Positions 49,767-62,830 of a stretch of 64,000 nucleotides of DNA are shown one piece after another. Both the position numbers and the translations under genes were made by a program. The notes beneath the pieces are model-generated. The model was not told the origin of the DNA, made no database searches, and was given only the letters and a program-made list of their open reading frames with translations. Position 1 is the stretch's first letter. Each line of letters starts with the position of its first letter. The stretch is from Octopus sinensis (taxonomy: Eukaryota): positions 1,798,001 to 1,862,000 of the forward strand of contig NC_043022.1 of the NCBI RefSeq assembly GCF_006345805.1, given 5' to 3'.

Positions 49767-52240
49767 GCATCAATGAAAGTATTAACAGTGATGGTGGTGG
49801 TATCAACCAGTGTGTTAATGTTAATAGGGGTGGTGGTGCTGGTGGTGGTGGTGTAACAGGGGTCTCCGTCTCTACATGTTATGGTGACGGTGGTGGTAGT
49901 GGAGATGATGGTGGAGAGGACAGAGGGAGGGCGTGGTGGTGATGATGGAGATGATGATGATGGTGGTGGTAGTGATGGTCATGACAGTGGTGGTGATGGT
50001 TGTAACAGTGATGCTGATGATAGTGATGATGATGACAGTTGTGGTGATGGTGGTGGGATGGTTGTAACAGTAATGCTGATGATGATGATGCAGATGGTGA
50101 TGGTGGTGATGGTGATGGTGATGGTGATGGTGGTGGTGGTGGCAATGATGGTGATGATATTTGTAACAGTGATGCTGATGATGGTGATGATGATGGCGAT
50201 GATAGTAGCGGTGGTGGTATCAACCAATGCTCTAATGTTAATAGGGGTGGTGGTGGTGGTGTAATAGAGGTCTCGGCTCTACATGTTATGGTGATGGTGG
50301 TGAGGACAGAGGCGGGGCGTGGTGGTGATGATGGTGGCGACGGGTCGTGACAGTGGTGGTGATGATGATAATGGTGGTGGTGGTGTCAACGAGGGCGGGG
50401 GGGGGGTTAATACAGTGATGGCAATAAAAGTAATAGTATTGGTATTAGCAGCAGTGGTTTATAACATAATGTGGATAATAACAGGGGTGGTCTACATGTT
50501 GTCTTAAAAACCATGGTGGTGGTCGTGGTGGTGAGGCAATAATACAGATCGAGGGTGGTCTACATGTGTTAACAGTAGAGGTGAAGGTGGTGGCAGTGGT
50601 GGTGATGATGGGGATGGCTGTGGTGGCGGGTGATAATGGGGAGCCGGTGGAGGTGACGAGGGGGGAGGTGGTGGTGGTAATGGTAGTGGTGAAAATGACG
50701 ATGGGATGGTGGTGGTGGTGGTTGTGGTAATGGAGATGGTAGAGGTAATGGTGATGGTGGGGCTGATGGAAAAAAAAAGGTGATTGCAGAAGTGATGGAG
50801 ATGCTTGTGGTGGTGGAGATGGAAATGGCAATGGTGGTGATCAGGACGATGATGATGATGATGATGATGACAATGGTGGTAGTGGTGATGACAAGATAGT
50901 CGGAAAAGTGTGAATGCTTAAAGAAACCATCACCACCACCACCACCACTACCACCACCACCACCACCACCACCACCACCACCACCAACACCACCACGACG
51001 ATGACGACCACCAACACCACCAACACCACCACCACCACCACCACCACCATTTTAAAATAATCATCTTTGTTTTAGACATGCATCCCTCATTCTTGTTTTT
51101 TTTATGAATTCTTTTTCAAAATGGTACTCTTTACTCTCTTTTACTCTTTTACTTGTTTCAGTCATTTGACTGCGGCCATGCTGGAGCACCGCCTTTAATC
51201 GAGCAACTCGACTACTATTCTTTTGTAAGCCCAGTACTTATTTTATCTGTCTCTTTTGCCAAACCACTAAGTGATGGGGACGTAAACACACCAGCATCGG
51301 TTGTCAAGCAATGTTGGATGGGACAAACACAGACACACATACACACACGCACACATATATATATATATACATATATACGACGGGCTTCTTTCAGTTTCCG
51401 TCCACCAAATCCACTCACAAGGCTTTGGTTGGCCTGAAGCTATAGTAGAAGGCACTTGCCGAAGGTGCCACGAAGTGGGACTGAACCCGGAACCATATGG
51501 TTGGTAAACAAGCTACTTACCACACAGCCACTCCTGCACCTACATGAAGAATCTGCAGAAATTTGTCTGCTAACAGGTCAAATGGCCTGCGGTGCCTCTG
51601 TGTGTGTGTGTGTCAAAGATCAGAAAACAAGATGATAGTGGCGGTGGTATGGTGGTGGTGATGATGGCAACAATAATGATGATGTTGGTGGAGGAAGACG
51701 ACTATGATGATAATGATGTGATGGTGGTGGTGATGATGATGATGACGATGCTAGTAGATGATGGTGATGAGTGATGATGATGGTGATTAGTGATGATGAT
51801 GGTGATGAGTGATGATGATGGTGATGAGTGATGATGATGAGTGATGAGTGATGATGATGGTGATGAGTGATGATGATGGTGATTAGTGATGATGATGGTG
51901 ATTAGTGATGATGATGGTGATTAGTGATGATGATGGTGATTAGTGATGATGATGGTGATGAGTGATGATGATGGTGATGAGTGATGATGATGAGTGATGA
52001 TGATGGTGATGCTGGTGGACGAGTGATGAAGATGCTAGATGATATGATGGTGATGATCATGATGGTAGATGATGACGATGACAATGATGAGATGGAATCA
52101 TAGTGGTGATGATGATGCTGCTGCCAATGATGTGATGGTGACGACAATGATGATGATTATGTAATGGAACAGTGGTGTTGGTGGTGATGGTGATGGTGAT
52201 GACGATGACGGCCATGATGACGATGCCAGTTACATACACA
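49130..52240. repeat. Large GGT/GAT low-complexity domain, with SINE A (about 51126-51540, minus) and an 18-bp subarray at about 51770-52010
   Basis: Direct reading. Confidence 0.85.
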
Positions 52241-52819
52241 TGGAGAGTGAAGGAAGAGTTAAGCGCATTTCATGTTGGTATTCAGTGATGCGCACATGCT
52301 TCCTGTAGAAACACAGCATGGCAAGGGGGCAGGGGGAGAAGGAGGGGGGAAGTCGTAAAAGGTGGGTGGGTGGGGTCGGGGGGGGGAGACGAGATGTTGT
52401 TGTCAACCCTCAGTGAACAGAAATACGATCAAAGACATTCTGACCATGACTACCCGTTTGCATAATCGCCATAGTGGTGTTGGTGGTAGCATTGACGAAT
52501 GTTTGATGGTGGTGAGTAAATACAAAAGTAGTGAGGAAGTGTGTATATGTATGTGCATATATTTTATATATATATATGTATATGTGTGTGTATGTATGTA
52601 TCTATCTTTATATATATATGTGTGTGTGTATGAGAGTATATATGTATAGATGATGATGATGATGATGATGGATATATATATCTCCATCCATAAAAACCAT
52701 GCTGAAACAGACACAGAAGTCTGGTGTAGTCTTCTGCTTGGCCAGCTCCATGTCAAACCATCCAACACCATCAACCGATGCCAGCATGGAAGAAGGATGT
52801 TAAACAATGATGATGATGA

Positions 52820-52855
<36 letters not shown>

Positions 52856-52993
52856 CTCTCTCTTTCGGAGAGGCACTGAGCAGCTATACGCACACATACA
52901 CACACGGCTTAACTTCCACCTACCGAATTCAATCACAAAGCTCCGGTCGGCTCGGGGCTATAGTGGAAGACACCTACTCAAAGTGCCACACAG

Positions 52994-53025
<32 letters not shown>

Positions 53026-53581
53026 GTATATACATATGTATATATATATGTTGCAAGACGTTTGCTTCCCGACCAGATGGTTCTGGGATCAGTCCCACTG
53101 CATCACACCTTGGGCAAGTATCTTTTACTATAGCCTCAGGTTAATCAAAGCCTTTTTAATAGACAGAAACTGAAAGAAGCCCACCGTAAATATATATATA
53201 TACACACTTATATATATATACACTTATATATATGTATATATATGTTTTGAGACCAATAGAATAAATACCAGGCTTAAAAAACAAAAGTACTGGATTTGAT
53301 TCAATTGACTAAAACTCTCCAGCTCGGTGCTCCAGCATGGCCAAACTCTCATGACTAAAACAAGTAAATGATGTGTAAACAAGAGGCATAGCTCCTCCCC
53401 GACACTCAATGCTGTGATATTGGAGATTGTTGTTTAGCCCCAGGTCAGACCTGGCTGAGGAGACCTATGATCATTCTTCTAAAGGAATCGTAAATCTAAT
53501 ACTCTGTTATCTATTGATCTATCTATCTATAAATAGATAGACAGACAAACAGACAGATAGATAGATAGACAGACAGACAGA

Positions 53582-53850
53582 TACTCTTTACTCTTTTACT
53601 TGTTTCAGTCATTTGACTGCGGCCATGCTGGAGCACTGCCTTTTAGTCGAGCAAATCGACCTCGGGACTTATTCTTTGTAAGCCCAGTACTTATTCTATC
53701 GGTCTCTTTTGCCGAACCGCTAAGTGACGGGGACGTAAACACACCAGCATCGGTTGTCAAGCAATGCTTGGGGGACAAACACAAACACACACATATATAC
53801 GACAGGCTTCTTTCAGTTTCTGTCTACCAAATCCACTCACAAGGCATAGA
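53582..53850 (-). mobile_element. SINE family A lacking its head
   Basis: 3' two-thirds of the consensus, ending in (GATA)n. Confidence 0.8.
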
Positions 53851-53854
53851 TAGA

Positions 53855-53889
<35 letters not shown>

Positions 53890-54749
53890 GTTGATAAACA
53901 GAGATAGATAGACAGACAGACAGACAAACAGACAGATAGATAAATAGATAGATGAGTTGTAGTGCACCTGAGCACTATACACAATAATTTCATTATCATT
54001 ATAATTAGATAGAAAGATAGACAGGCAATTAGATAGATGTGTAGATAGATAAATAAGTAGATAAGTAAACAGACAGACAGAGAAATAGATAGATAGATAG
54101 ACATATAAATATACATATATTTAAGCTGGTAGGGTATGAGTTAAAGGAAAATTTAGGTCTATTTCTAGCAGACTGCATGACCACAGAGAAGCTGCCTACT
54201 TATGAAGTTTGATGTATGTGCAGAAAATAAATTGCTAGCAGTGGTGATAGTATGGTGGTAGTACTACACAGTAAAGGTGGTGGTGGTGATGATGAGGGTG
54301 ATGGTGATGAGGGTGTGGGGGTGATGGTGGTGATACATATAGTTAAGATATAGGGATAGACAAGCTGACTTTATCAGTACAGTTCAGGGAGATGCTGGCC
54401 TGGAGTTTGAAGCGGGAGTAAGCTGTACAGGGGCAATACCCTTACCCCACCCCCACCCCCACCCCTCCTTTCCATTTTACCCCCGTTTTACATCTAACCA
54501 AGGACTGTAATCAGATAGTAAAGTTATAACATGAAGAACAACAAAACAAACAAAAAAACAAAATGAAATATATATATATATATATAAAAAAACGCAAAAC
54601 CTGGTTAGTTGGCTGGTTGCAAGGGTAGATGCAATGGAGAAGCTGGGTAGACAGGATTATGGTGATAAAACACACACACACACACACACACGCATTCAGT
54701 CACAACACAGATATGTACAGAAATCCGAGACACGCACTAATAAATAAAC

Positions 54750-55135
54750 ACATGCACACACACACATACATAAACACACACACACATACATAAACACAGA
54801 CACACATACATAAACACACACACACACATACATAAACACACACACACACATACATAAACACACACACACATACATAAACACACACACACATACATAAACA
54901 CACACACACACATACATAAACACACACACACATACATAAACACACACACACATACATAAACACACACACATACATAAACACACACACACATACATAAACA
55001 CACACACACATAAACACACACACACATACATAAACACACACACATACATAAACACACACACACATACATAAACACACACACACATACATAAACACACACA
55101 CACATACATAAACACACACACACATACATAAACAC
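54750..55135. repeat. Minisatellite CATACATAAA(CA)n, ~18-22 bp units
   Basis: Direct reading. Confidence 0.9.
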
Positions 55136-55519
55136 ACACACACACATATACACATAAGTGCACACACAAACTTGCATATAAACACACGCACACAGATATG
55201 TATAAGTACACACACTCACGGACATACATAAACACACATACACACACACACACACATACAGAGACATGCATAAACACACATATAAACATATGCATTCACT
55301 CACAACATAAATATGTACAGAAATCTGAGACACACTAACAAGTACACACACACACACACACACACACAAACATACACATACACACACATACACATACACA
55401 CATACATACACACATACACACATACATACACACATACACACATACACATACACACATACATACATACATACACACATACACACATACATACACACACATA
55501 CACACACACATACACATAC

Positions 55520-55561
<42 letters not shown>

Positions 55562-55817
55562 AAATACATGTGTACACATGCATGCAAGCACACACACACA
55601 CAACCACTCACACACATGAACAAACACTAACAAATACATGCACAACATATACATACACGTGGGACTGAACCAGGAACCATGTGGTTGGTAAGCAAGCTAC
55701 TTACCACACAGCCACTCCTGTGCATTTAAAACAAAAACACAGGAAGGACACATTAAATTATGCAGTCCCAGGTACACAATATCCAAAAAGTAGATGAGGT
55801 GGTCACCACTGGAATAC

Positions 55818-56045
55818 CTATTTCTTTATTACCCACAAGGGACTAAACATAGAGGGGACAAACATGGACAGACATAGGTATTAAGTCGATTATATCGACC
55901 CCAGTGCTTAACTGGTACTTAATTTATCGACTCTGAAAGGATGAAAGGCAAAGTCGACCTCGGCGGAATTTGAACTCAGAACGTAACGGCAGCCGAAGTA
56001 CTGCTAAGCATTTCGCCCGACGTGCTAACGATTCTGCCAGCTCGC
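55818..56045 (-). mobile_element. SINE family B with 11-bp TSD
   Basis: CACTGGAATAC at 55807-55817 and 56046-56056. Confidence 0.9.
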
Positions 56046-56399
56046 CACTGGAATACATTTGTTCATAGGTTTTGCTCAATCATTACAGACCTGGGGCTAA
56101 ACAACAAAATCAACAACAGCAACAACAACTACACATGATACAATACAGAAGCCTTTCTTGTTGCTTGATCTGCTAGAAATAGCAGTCAAATCTCCCTCAA
56201 ACTATATCTTACTGTGAGAGATGCCCCAAGTGCAAACACAATTAGGAACTTGGTTCATTGTTTTTAAAAACAAGGGGCAGGAAGTGACCTCCCCCACAAC
56301 ATGGGGGACCCCACCCTGTCAGAACCGATGAGGCAAGGGAACGAGTGTAAGAGGGTGTTGAACAAAATCCGGGCATGTTGACTGGAGGGCAGCCCAGGC

Positions 56400-56638
56400 A
56401 GTTTGGGTTTTAACAGACTTTGCTGTAAAGGGTTCTCACCAGCCTTAACCTTTTTCCATACAAGGTACTGTTGGTTCACCAGTTGAAACCCCAGGATTAT
56501 GAACATAGGCTCCAATATGCGCAGAATCCAGGAATTGGCATGAAATGACCCAAATTTTACACAGAAATTGATCATGTCTGATGATGCTCACTTTCATTTG
56601 AATGGTTTCATCAACAGACAAAATTGCTGGTTTTGGGG

Positions 56639-56691
<53 letters not shown>

Positions 56692-57172
56692 GAATTATTG
56701 TATACAGTGCTCAGGTGCACCACACCTCGTCAAAAGTGCGTATAAAGCATATGCAGTAATGTACAAATGTCTGGAAAGTGAACAGTGTATGAGTCAGATA
56801 CGTGCTTGCGTGTGTATGGAGGGGAGAAAATCAGGTGTAGTGTTGGCGAATCTCAGGAAGCATGGAAGTTTTGAAGGATGCAGTGCTCCGACAACTAACA
56901 ACTGATGCCGGCAGTTTGTTCCATGCTTCAGCAACTCTCAGCGTGAAAAAATGTTTCCTGAAGTCATGGGAGCTGTGCTGTTTTCTGACTTTGTAAACAT
57001 GTCCACGGGTGTTAGATAGGTGGAGTTTGAAAAGGTGCTCAGAGTTAATCGCTTGTAAGATGGTTTGTAAGATCTGAGAATCTGAGAGCAACACACCAAA
57101 GAGAAGTGCAGCCCATATAGTGTACAGTATGGTGTGCAATTACTGTGGATGAGATAATTGGGCCTCACTTCT
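56400..57172 (+). mobile_element. Decayed maT/Tc3-like transposase fragment split by a CR1 insertion
   Basis: Reads LNLFPYKVLLVHQLKPQDYEHRLQYAQ...KLIMSDDAHFHLNGFINRQNCWFWG, then CR1, then ENLRATHQREVQPI*CTVWCAITVDEIIGPHFF. Confidence 0.8.
56640..57067 (-). mobile_element. CR1-like LINE 3' end with (ATT)n tail
   Basis: ORF 56831-57139 contains SEHLFKLHLSNTRGHVYKVRKQHSSHDFRKHFFTLRVAEAWNKLPASVVSCRSTASFK. Confidence 0.9.
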
Positions 57173-57777
57173 TTGGCTTGGTAAAAGGGAAAAAGCTCAA
57201 CCACAACAGAGAAGGGAACTTCATGGGAAAAAGGCTCTTCTCTCAGTCTGGTGGGATTGCAAAGGAATAATTCACTTTGAATTGTTACCACCTAATGCAA
57301 CAATCAATGCTCAAGTCTACTGTCGGCAATTAGAGCGTTTGAACCAAGCTTTGAAGAGAAAAAGATCTGCTTTAGTGAATCGAAAAGGAGTGATGTTTCA
57401 TCAGGATAATGTGTGACCCCACACTGCAAAGATCACATCACAAGATCGAAGAGCTTGGTTGGGAAAAAATTCCTCATCCACCTTATTCTCCCAACCTTGT
57501 TCCTTCAGACAACTATTTGTTTTGTAGTTTACAGAATCATTTGGGGGACATAACTTTTGCAAGCCAGGAAGCGGTCGAAACTGACATTTCAGAGTACTTC
57601 GCTTTGAAACCAAAAGAGTTTTACATTGATGGGATTAAAAAGCTTGTAAATAGATGGAAGGAAGTCATAGATAACCAGGGAAAGTACATTGATGATTAAA
57701 TTTCAGTTAAATATAACATTTAATCACTTTGTTTTCCTTATTCAAAATTCAGACAGAACTTATGGGATGACCTGATA
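57173..57777 (+). mobile_element. 3' half of a mariner (DD34D-type) transposon with right TIR
   Basis: LLSVWWDCKGIIHFELLP...FHQDN and HPPYSPNLVPSDNYLF...DGIKKLVNRWKEVIDNQGKYIDD*; ends GAACTTATGGGATGACCTGA|TA; stops and frameshifts present. Confidence 0.9.
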
Positions 57778-58009
57778 CATGCACACAACCCCGTCCCACA
57801 CATGCATGCATGACACACAGACACATTACACAAATGTGTGCGATATGAAGGAGATTTGGCTGTTATTTTCAACAAGTCAGGCAATCACACAGAAATCCCT
57901 TTCAATGACTTCAATGAAAAGGATGGTATAGTATTTTATCTATAATGAGGTATTAAGGGTACTACTATTTGTTATCATTAAGGGTACTGTTGGCTGCCAT
58001 GTAACCAAC

Positions 58010-58109
58010 TTAGGGGTACTATTAGTTACTTAGGGATACTATTACTTAGGGATACTATTACTTAGGGGTACTATTACTTAGGGATACTATTACTTAGGGG
58101 TACTATTAG
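58010..58109. repeat. 16-bp minisatellite containing TTAGGG
   Basis: TTAGGG at 58010, 58030, 58046, 58062, 58078 and 58094. Confidence 0.9.
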
Positions 58110-58568
58110 TTATTATGTTCTAGAATAGTAAGAATTCTGTTAGTCACCATATTACCAATAATTTTTAGGTATTTTGAATGAAGAGTTACTTGAGGTGGGA
58201 CTATTATATGGGGATGCCCTTCCTGTCACTAACCTGTTTTTTAAGTGTTTTTTAAGGGAAGAATTTTATAAATGAATTGTAGGGGCCTTCAAAAGCACAG
58301 ATTGTCTGGTCATAATGTGGACAAATAACATCAATGAAGCATTGCTTCACCAAAGCAGTGACAAATGAAGAATATGGATAGTCACACACAAACGCATGCA
58401 TACACATTCAATGGGCTTCCTACAGTTTCCAGCTATCAAATTCCCTCACAATGCATAGGTCGGGCCTTGGGTTATAAAAAACACTTGCTCAAAGTTCTCT
58501 GTAGTGGAACTGAACCCAAAACCATGAGGTTGTGAAACAAACTTTTTAACCACACAACCATGTATGTA

Positions 58569-58654
<86 letters not shown>

Positions 58655-59084
58655 TGTGTGCATTAACCTGTGTGTATCTTTCATAGAAATGCAAACCTTG
58701 TTGAGTTGAGAAAACCATAAATAAAAAAAGAAAGAAACAGATTTTCTTAAATGAGGTTCCTTGTGATATTTGTTCTGCAGCAAGTTACAAACACTTCCTT
58801 GTGACTGACTCTCAGCATCAGTGATGCAAGGAAGCAATGACCGATTGATCTGAAAGATAGCCGTTACCTCAAAGACGCTATTGTTCACCATTTGTAATAG
58901 AAGATTAAAAAAAAAACAACAACAACATATAAATGAATTAGAAAACAAACAAAAAAAACAATATGTAGAGGAAAAAGGTCGGAAAAGGAGTCAGGTAGAG
59001 TAATTTAAGAAAGGGGTCATAAAGAAGAAATATATGAAAACCATATGTTAAAAGAAGATCAGGAAGGAAGTTGTATATGCACGC

Positions 59085-59119
<35 letters not shown>

Positions 59120-59152
59120 CAAACACACACGCACACACACACACACAAACAA

Positions 59153-59189
<37 letters not shown>

Positions 59190-59285
59190 AACGCACACAT
59201 ACACACTACATGCAAACACTAATCACTGTCACTGATGCATTTTGCAAGACATGTACAACCATGACAACAACCAGAGTCAGATAGA

Positions 59286-59320
<35 letters not shown>

Positions 59321-59447
59321 CATACTACATACATCCTCCACCCTCATGCACATATATAGGAGAAGGAGATGCAGAGAGGGAGAGAGAGAGAGAGAGTGGA
59401 GAGACATATATACGTATATATATACACACAGAGATTTATAGCTAGCA

Positions 59448-59478
<31 letters not shown>

Positions 59479-59538
59479 GATATATATATATATATAATAT
59501 ATATATATATGTATATGTATATATATATGCATATAATG

Positions 59539-59587
<49 letters not shown>

Positions 59588-59588
59588 T

Positions 59589-59637
<49 letters not shown>

Positions 59638-60033
59638 TATATATACACACACACATACATACATACAAGTGGGTACCCAAAAGTAATTGAAAACATTTTC
59701 TGTGACATAAACCTGTTGTAGTTCAGGCTTCCACCGTTTAAAGCCACTTGATGCAACCTTCAGGCATCAGTCTGTTGACCGGTGGCGCTCACCAGAGTCA
59801 TACTGCCACGTCGTGTGTGTCCTTGTTCTGCAGTTCTTCTTCCCCGTTTGTCGATTTTTGCACAAGCTAAAATGAAGGAAAATCCTGTTTTCTGCTGGGG
59901 AAAACGGCAGCTGAAACAGTTGTCATGCTTCGAACAGCTTACAAGGACACTGCCATGCCTAAAGCATGGAAACGAGTGGTTTCCATGCTTTAGGAATGGT
60001 TACTTGTTACTTGAAGATCAGCCTTGTTCAGGA

Positions 60034-60437
60034 TCATCATCATCATCATCATCATCATCATCGTTTAATGTCCGTTCTCCATGCTAGCATGGGTTGGACG
60101 GTTCGACCGGGGATCTGGGAAGCCAGAAGGCTGCACCAGGCTCCAGTCTCATCTGGCAATGTTTCTACGGCTGGATGCCCTTCCTAATGCCAACCACTCC
60201 GTGAGTGTAGTGGGTGCTTTTTACGTGCCACCCGCACAGGTGCCAGGCGAAGCTGGCAACGGCCATGGTCGGATTGGTGCAATTTACATGCCACCGGCAC
60301 GGAAGCCAGTCGAGGCGGCGCTGGCATCGGCCACGATTCGGATAGTGCTTTTTACGTACCACCAGTCCAGGGGTCCTGGCATCTGCCGAGTGCCAGTCAT
60401 AGGATTGGTTCAATTTCGATTTCGATTTCACTTGATT
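60034..60437 (-). mobile_element. RTE-type LINE 3' end nested in mariner
   Basis: (ATC)n, then the reverse complement of the family 3' UTR. Confidence 0.8.
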
Positions 60438-60649
60438 TCCTGAAGAAATGAAAACATCATGAAAATTCATGAACTGATCTTGGAGGGCTGTCACCGAACA
60501 ATTGACAAACTTGTTGATATGACTGATGTGTCCTGGAACTTCTGCCAACGAATTTTCAGCGAGGAATTGCAAATGAAAACAGTTGCAGCAAAATTTGTGC
60601 CTCGCTTGCTCACGGAAGATTAAAAGCAGTCAAGACTGAATACGTGTCA

Positions 60650-61015
60650 TCATCATCATCATCATCATCGTTTAGTGTCCGCTTTCCATGCTAGCATGGG
60701 TTGGACGGTTCAACTGGGGTCTGTGAAGCCAGAAGGCTTCATCAGGCCCAGTCTGATCTGGCAGTGTTTCTACGGCTGGATGCCCTTCCTAACGCCAACC
60801 ACTCTGTGAGTGTAGTGGGTGCTTTTAAGTGCCACCCGCACAGGTGCCAGACAGAGCTGGCAAATGGCCACGAACGGATGGTGCTTTTACGTGCCACCGG
60901 CACGGGGGCCAGGCGAGGCTGGCAACGGACACGAACGGATGGTGCTTTTACGTGCCACCGGCACGGGGGCCAGGCGAGGCTGGCAACGGACACGAACAGA
61001 TGGTGCTTTTTACGT
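60650..61015 (-). mobile_element. RTE-type LINE 3' end nested in mariner
   Basis: (ATC)n, then the reverse complement of the 3' UTR with an internal ~46-bp duplication. Confidence 0.8.
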
Positions 61016-61258
61016 GAATTGAAAAAAACAGCTGGAAGTTGATCCGGACCTACTGTTGAAGGTCATCACTGGTGATGAAGTCTGGTGCTACAGAATCTGT
61101 AGATGTGGAAGTGAGGTGAAGAAGAACAGTGATGGAGGCGTTAAAAGGCATCCCTTCACAAGAGTTCCAGCACTGCTTTGAATAGTGGAAAACGCGCCTG
61201 GACTGATGCATTGCTTCAAATGGAGAATATTTTGAAGGTTATAAAAGAGTAAACATAT

Positions 61259-61480
61259 GGCGGTGAGCTGGCAGAAACGTTAGCACGCCGGGCGAAATGC
61301 GTAGCCGTATTTCGTCTGTTGTTACGTTCCGAGTTCAAATTCCGCCGAGGTTGAATTTGCCTTTCATCCTTCCGGGGTCGATAAATTAAGTACCAGTTAC
61401 GCACTGGGGTTGATGTAATCCCTTTGTCTGTCCTTGTTTGTCCCCTCTGTGTTTAGCCCCTTGTGGGTAGTAAAGAAATA
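61259..61480 (+). mobile_element. SINE family B, full length, 17-bp TSD
   Basis: TATAAAAGAGTAAACAT at 61240-61256 and 61481-61497. Confidence 0.9.
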
Positions 61481-61599
61481 TATAAAAGAGTAAACATGAA
61501 AAACTAAGTGAATAAAATATTATTGCAAAATTACAGTTTCTTTTGGGTATCCCCTTGTACATACATAAATAAACACATACACACATATATATATGTGCT

Positions 61600-61988
61600 T
61601 GAGGAGACCTATTAAGTGAAGTACATCAACATCAAAAAATCAAATGGAAATTGTAGCTGTGATACCTGTGCCGGTGGCACGTAAAAAGCACCATCCAAAC
61701 GTGGCCGATGCCAGCACCGCCTTGACTGACTTCTGTGCTGGTGGCACATAAAAAGCACCAACTGATCATGGCCGTTGCCAGCCTCACCTGGCACCTGTGT
61801 TGGTGGCATGTAAAAACCACCCACTACACTCTTGGAGTGGTTGGCATCAGGAAGGGCAACCAGCTGTAGAAACACTACCAGATCAGACTGGAGCTTGGTG
61901 CAGCCTCCTGGCTTCCCAGACCCCGGTTGAACCGTCCAGCCCATGCTAGCATGGAAAGCAGATGTTAAACAATGATGATGATGATGAT
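61600..61988 (+). mobile_element. RTE-type LINE 3' UTR with (GAT)n tail
   Basis: Family motifs. Confidence 0.75.
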
Positions 61989-62179
61989 ATATACACACAT
62001 ACACATATATATATACCACCATGCATACAAGTCTCTATGTGGTTACTCAACCTGTTAATACAATTTGGAATGTTCAAAGACTCTGAATGGTAAAGAGTGG
62101 AACACCTTTGATAGTGGTTCTGTTTTCTCAAGGCTGACCTAGGGCTATACAACAAACATACATGTAATACATACACAAT

Positions 62180-62830
62180 TGTGTATCGACGAAGATAGCT
62201 GTGTAAAAAAGTGCCAATCTCTAACTGTGGAGGGAACCTGTGGAAGGGGTAAACCCAGGAAGATGTGAGACAAAGTGGTGAAGCATGATCTTCGAATGTT
62301 GGGCCTCGCAGGGTTGGTAAGTGACGACTGAGACCTTTGGTGATAAACCGTACTTGAGAAGATCCATCAAGTCAAGTGAAACCCTAGTCATGGAATTTGA
62401 GCGAGGAAATGCGAATGAAAAGAGTTGCAGCAAAATTTGTGCCTCACTTGCTCACGGAATGCTGGTGTCATGTAATTGGCACCCATGCTGGTGGCACATA
62501 AAAAGCACCCTTCGAATGTTGGGCCTCATGGAGGTGGTAAGTAACCAAGTCCTTTGACGTTATGCCATGCCTGAGAAGACCCGTCAAGCCAAGCGAGACT
62601 GTAGTCATGGCCAAGGCTAGTGTCATGTAACAGGGACCCATGCCAGCAGCACATAAAAACCACCCTTCAAACGCTGGGCCTCATGGAAGTGACTGCTATT
62701 TCTAGCAGACCTTGGGTGATACACCGTGCTCGAGAAGACCCGTCAAGCCACGGTGAAACCGTACTCATGGCCAATGTCCATGTCAAGTAACTGGCACCTA
62801 TGCTGGTGGCACATAAAAAGCACCCATTAC
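62180..62830 (+). mobile_element. RTE-type LINE ORF C-terminus with triplicated end segment
   Basis: DEDSCVKKCQSLTVEGTCGRGKPRKM*DKVVKHDLRMLGL; the GGGCCTC...GAGAAGA...GCTGGTGGCACATAAAAAGCACCC segment occurs three times. Confidence 0.75.

Larger units (their letters stand above)
59664..61559 (+). mobile_element. Internally deleted mariner transposon with both TIRs and three nested retroelements
   Basis: TIRs TACAAGTGGGTACCCAAAAG and CTTTTGGGTATCCCCTTGTA; remnants GKTAAETVVMLRTAYKD, VAAKFVPRLLTED, KVITGDE and CIASNGEYFEG. Confidence 0.85.

Noticed and set aside
49547-49942. Acidic 131-aa ORF
   Set aside because: Lies within the GGT/GAT domain and part is duplicated at 44637; no independent coding evidence.
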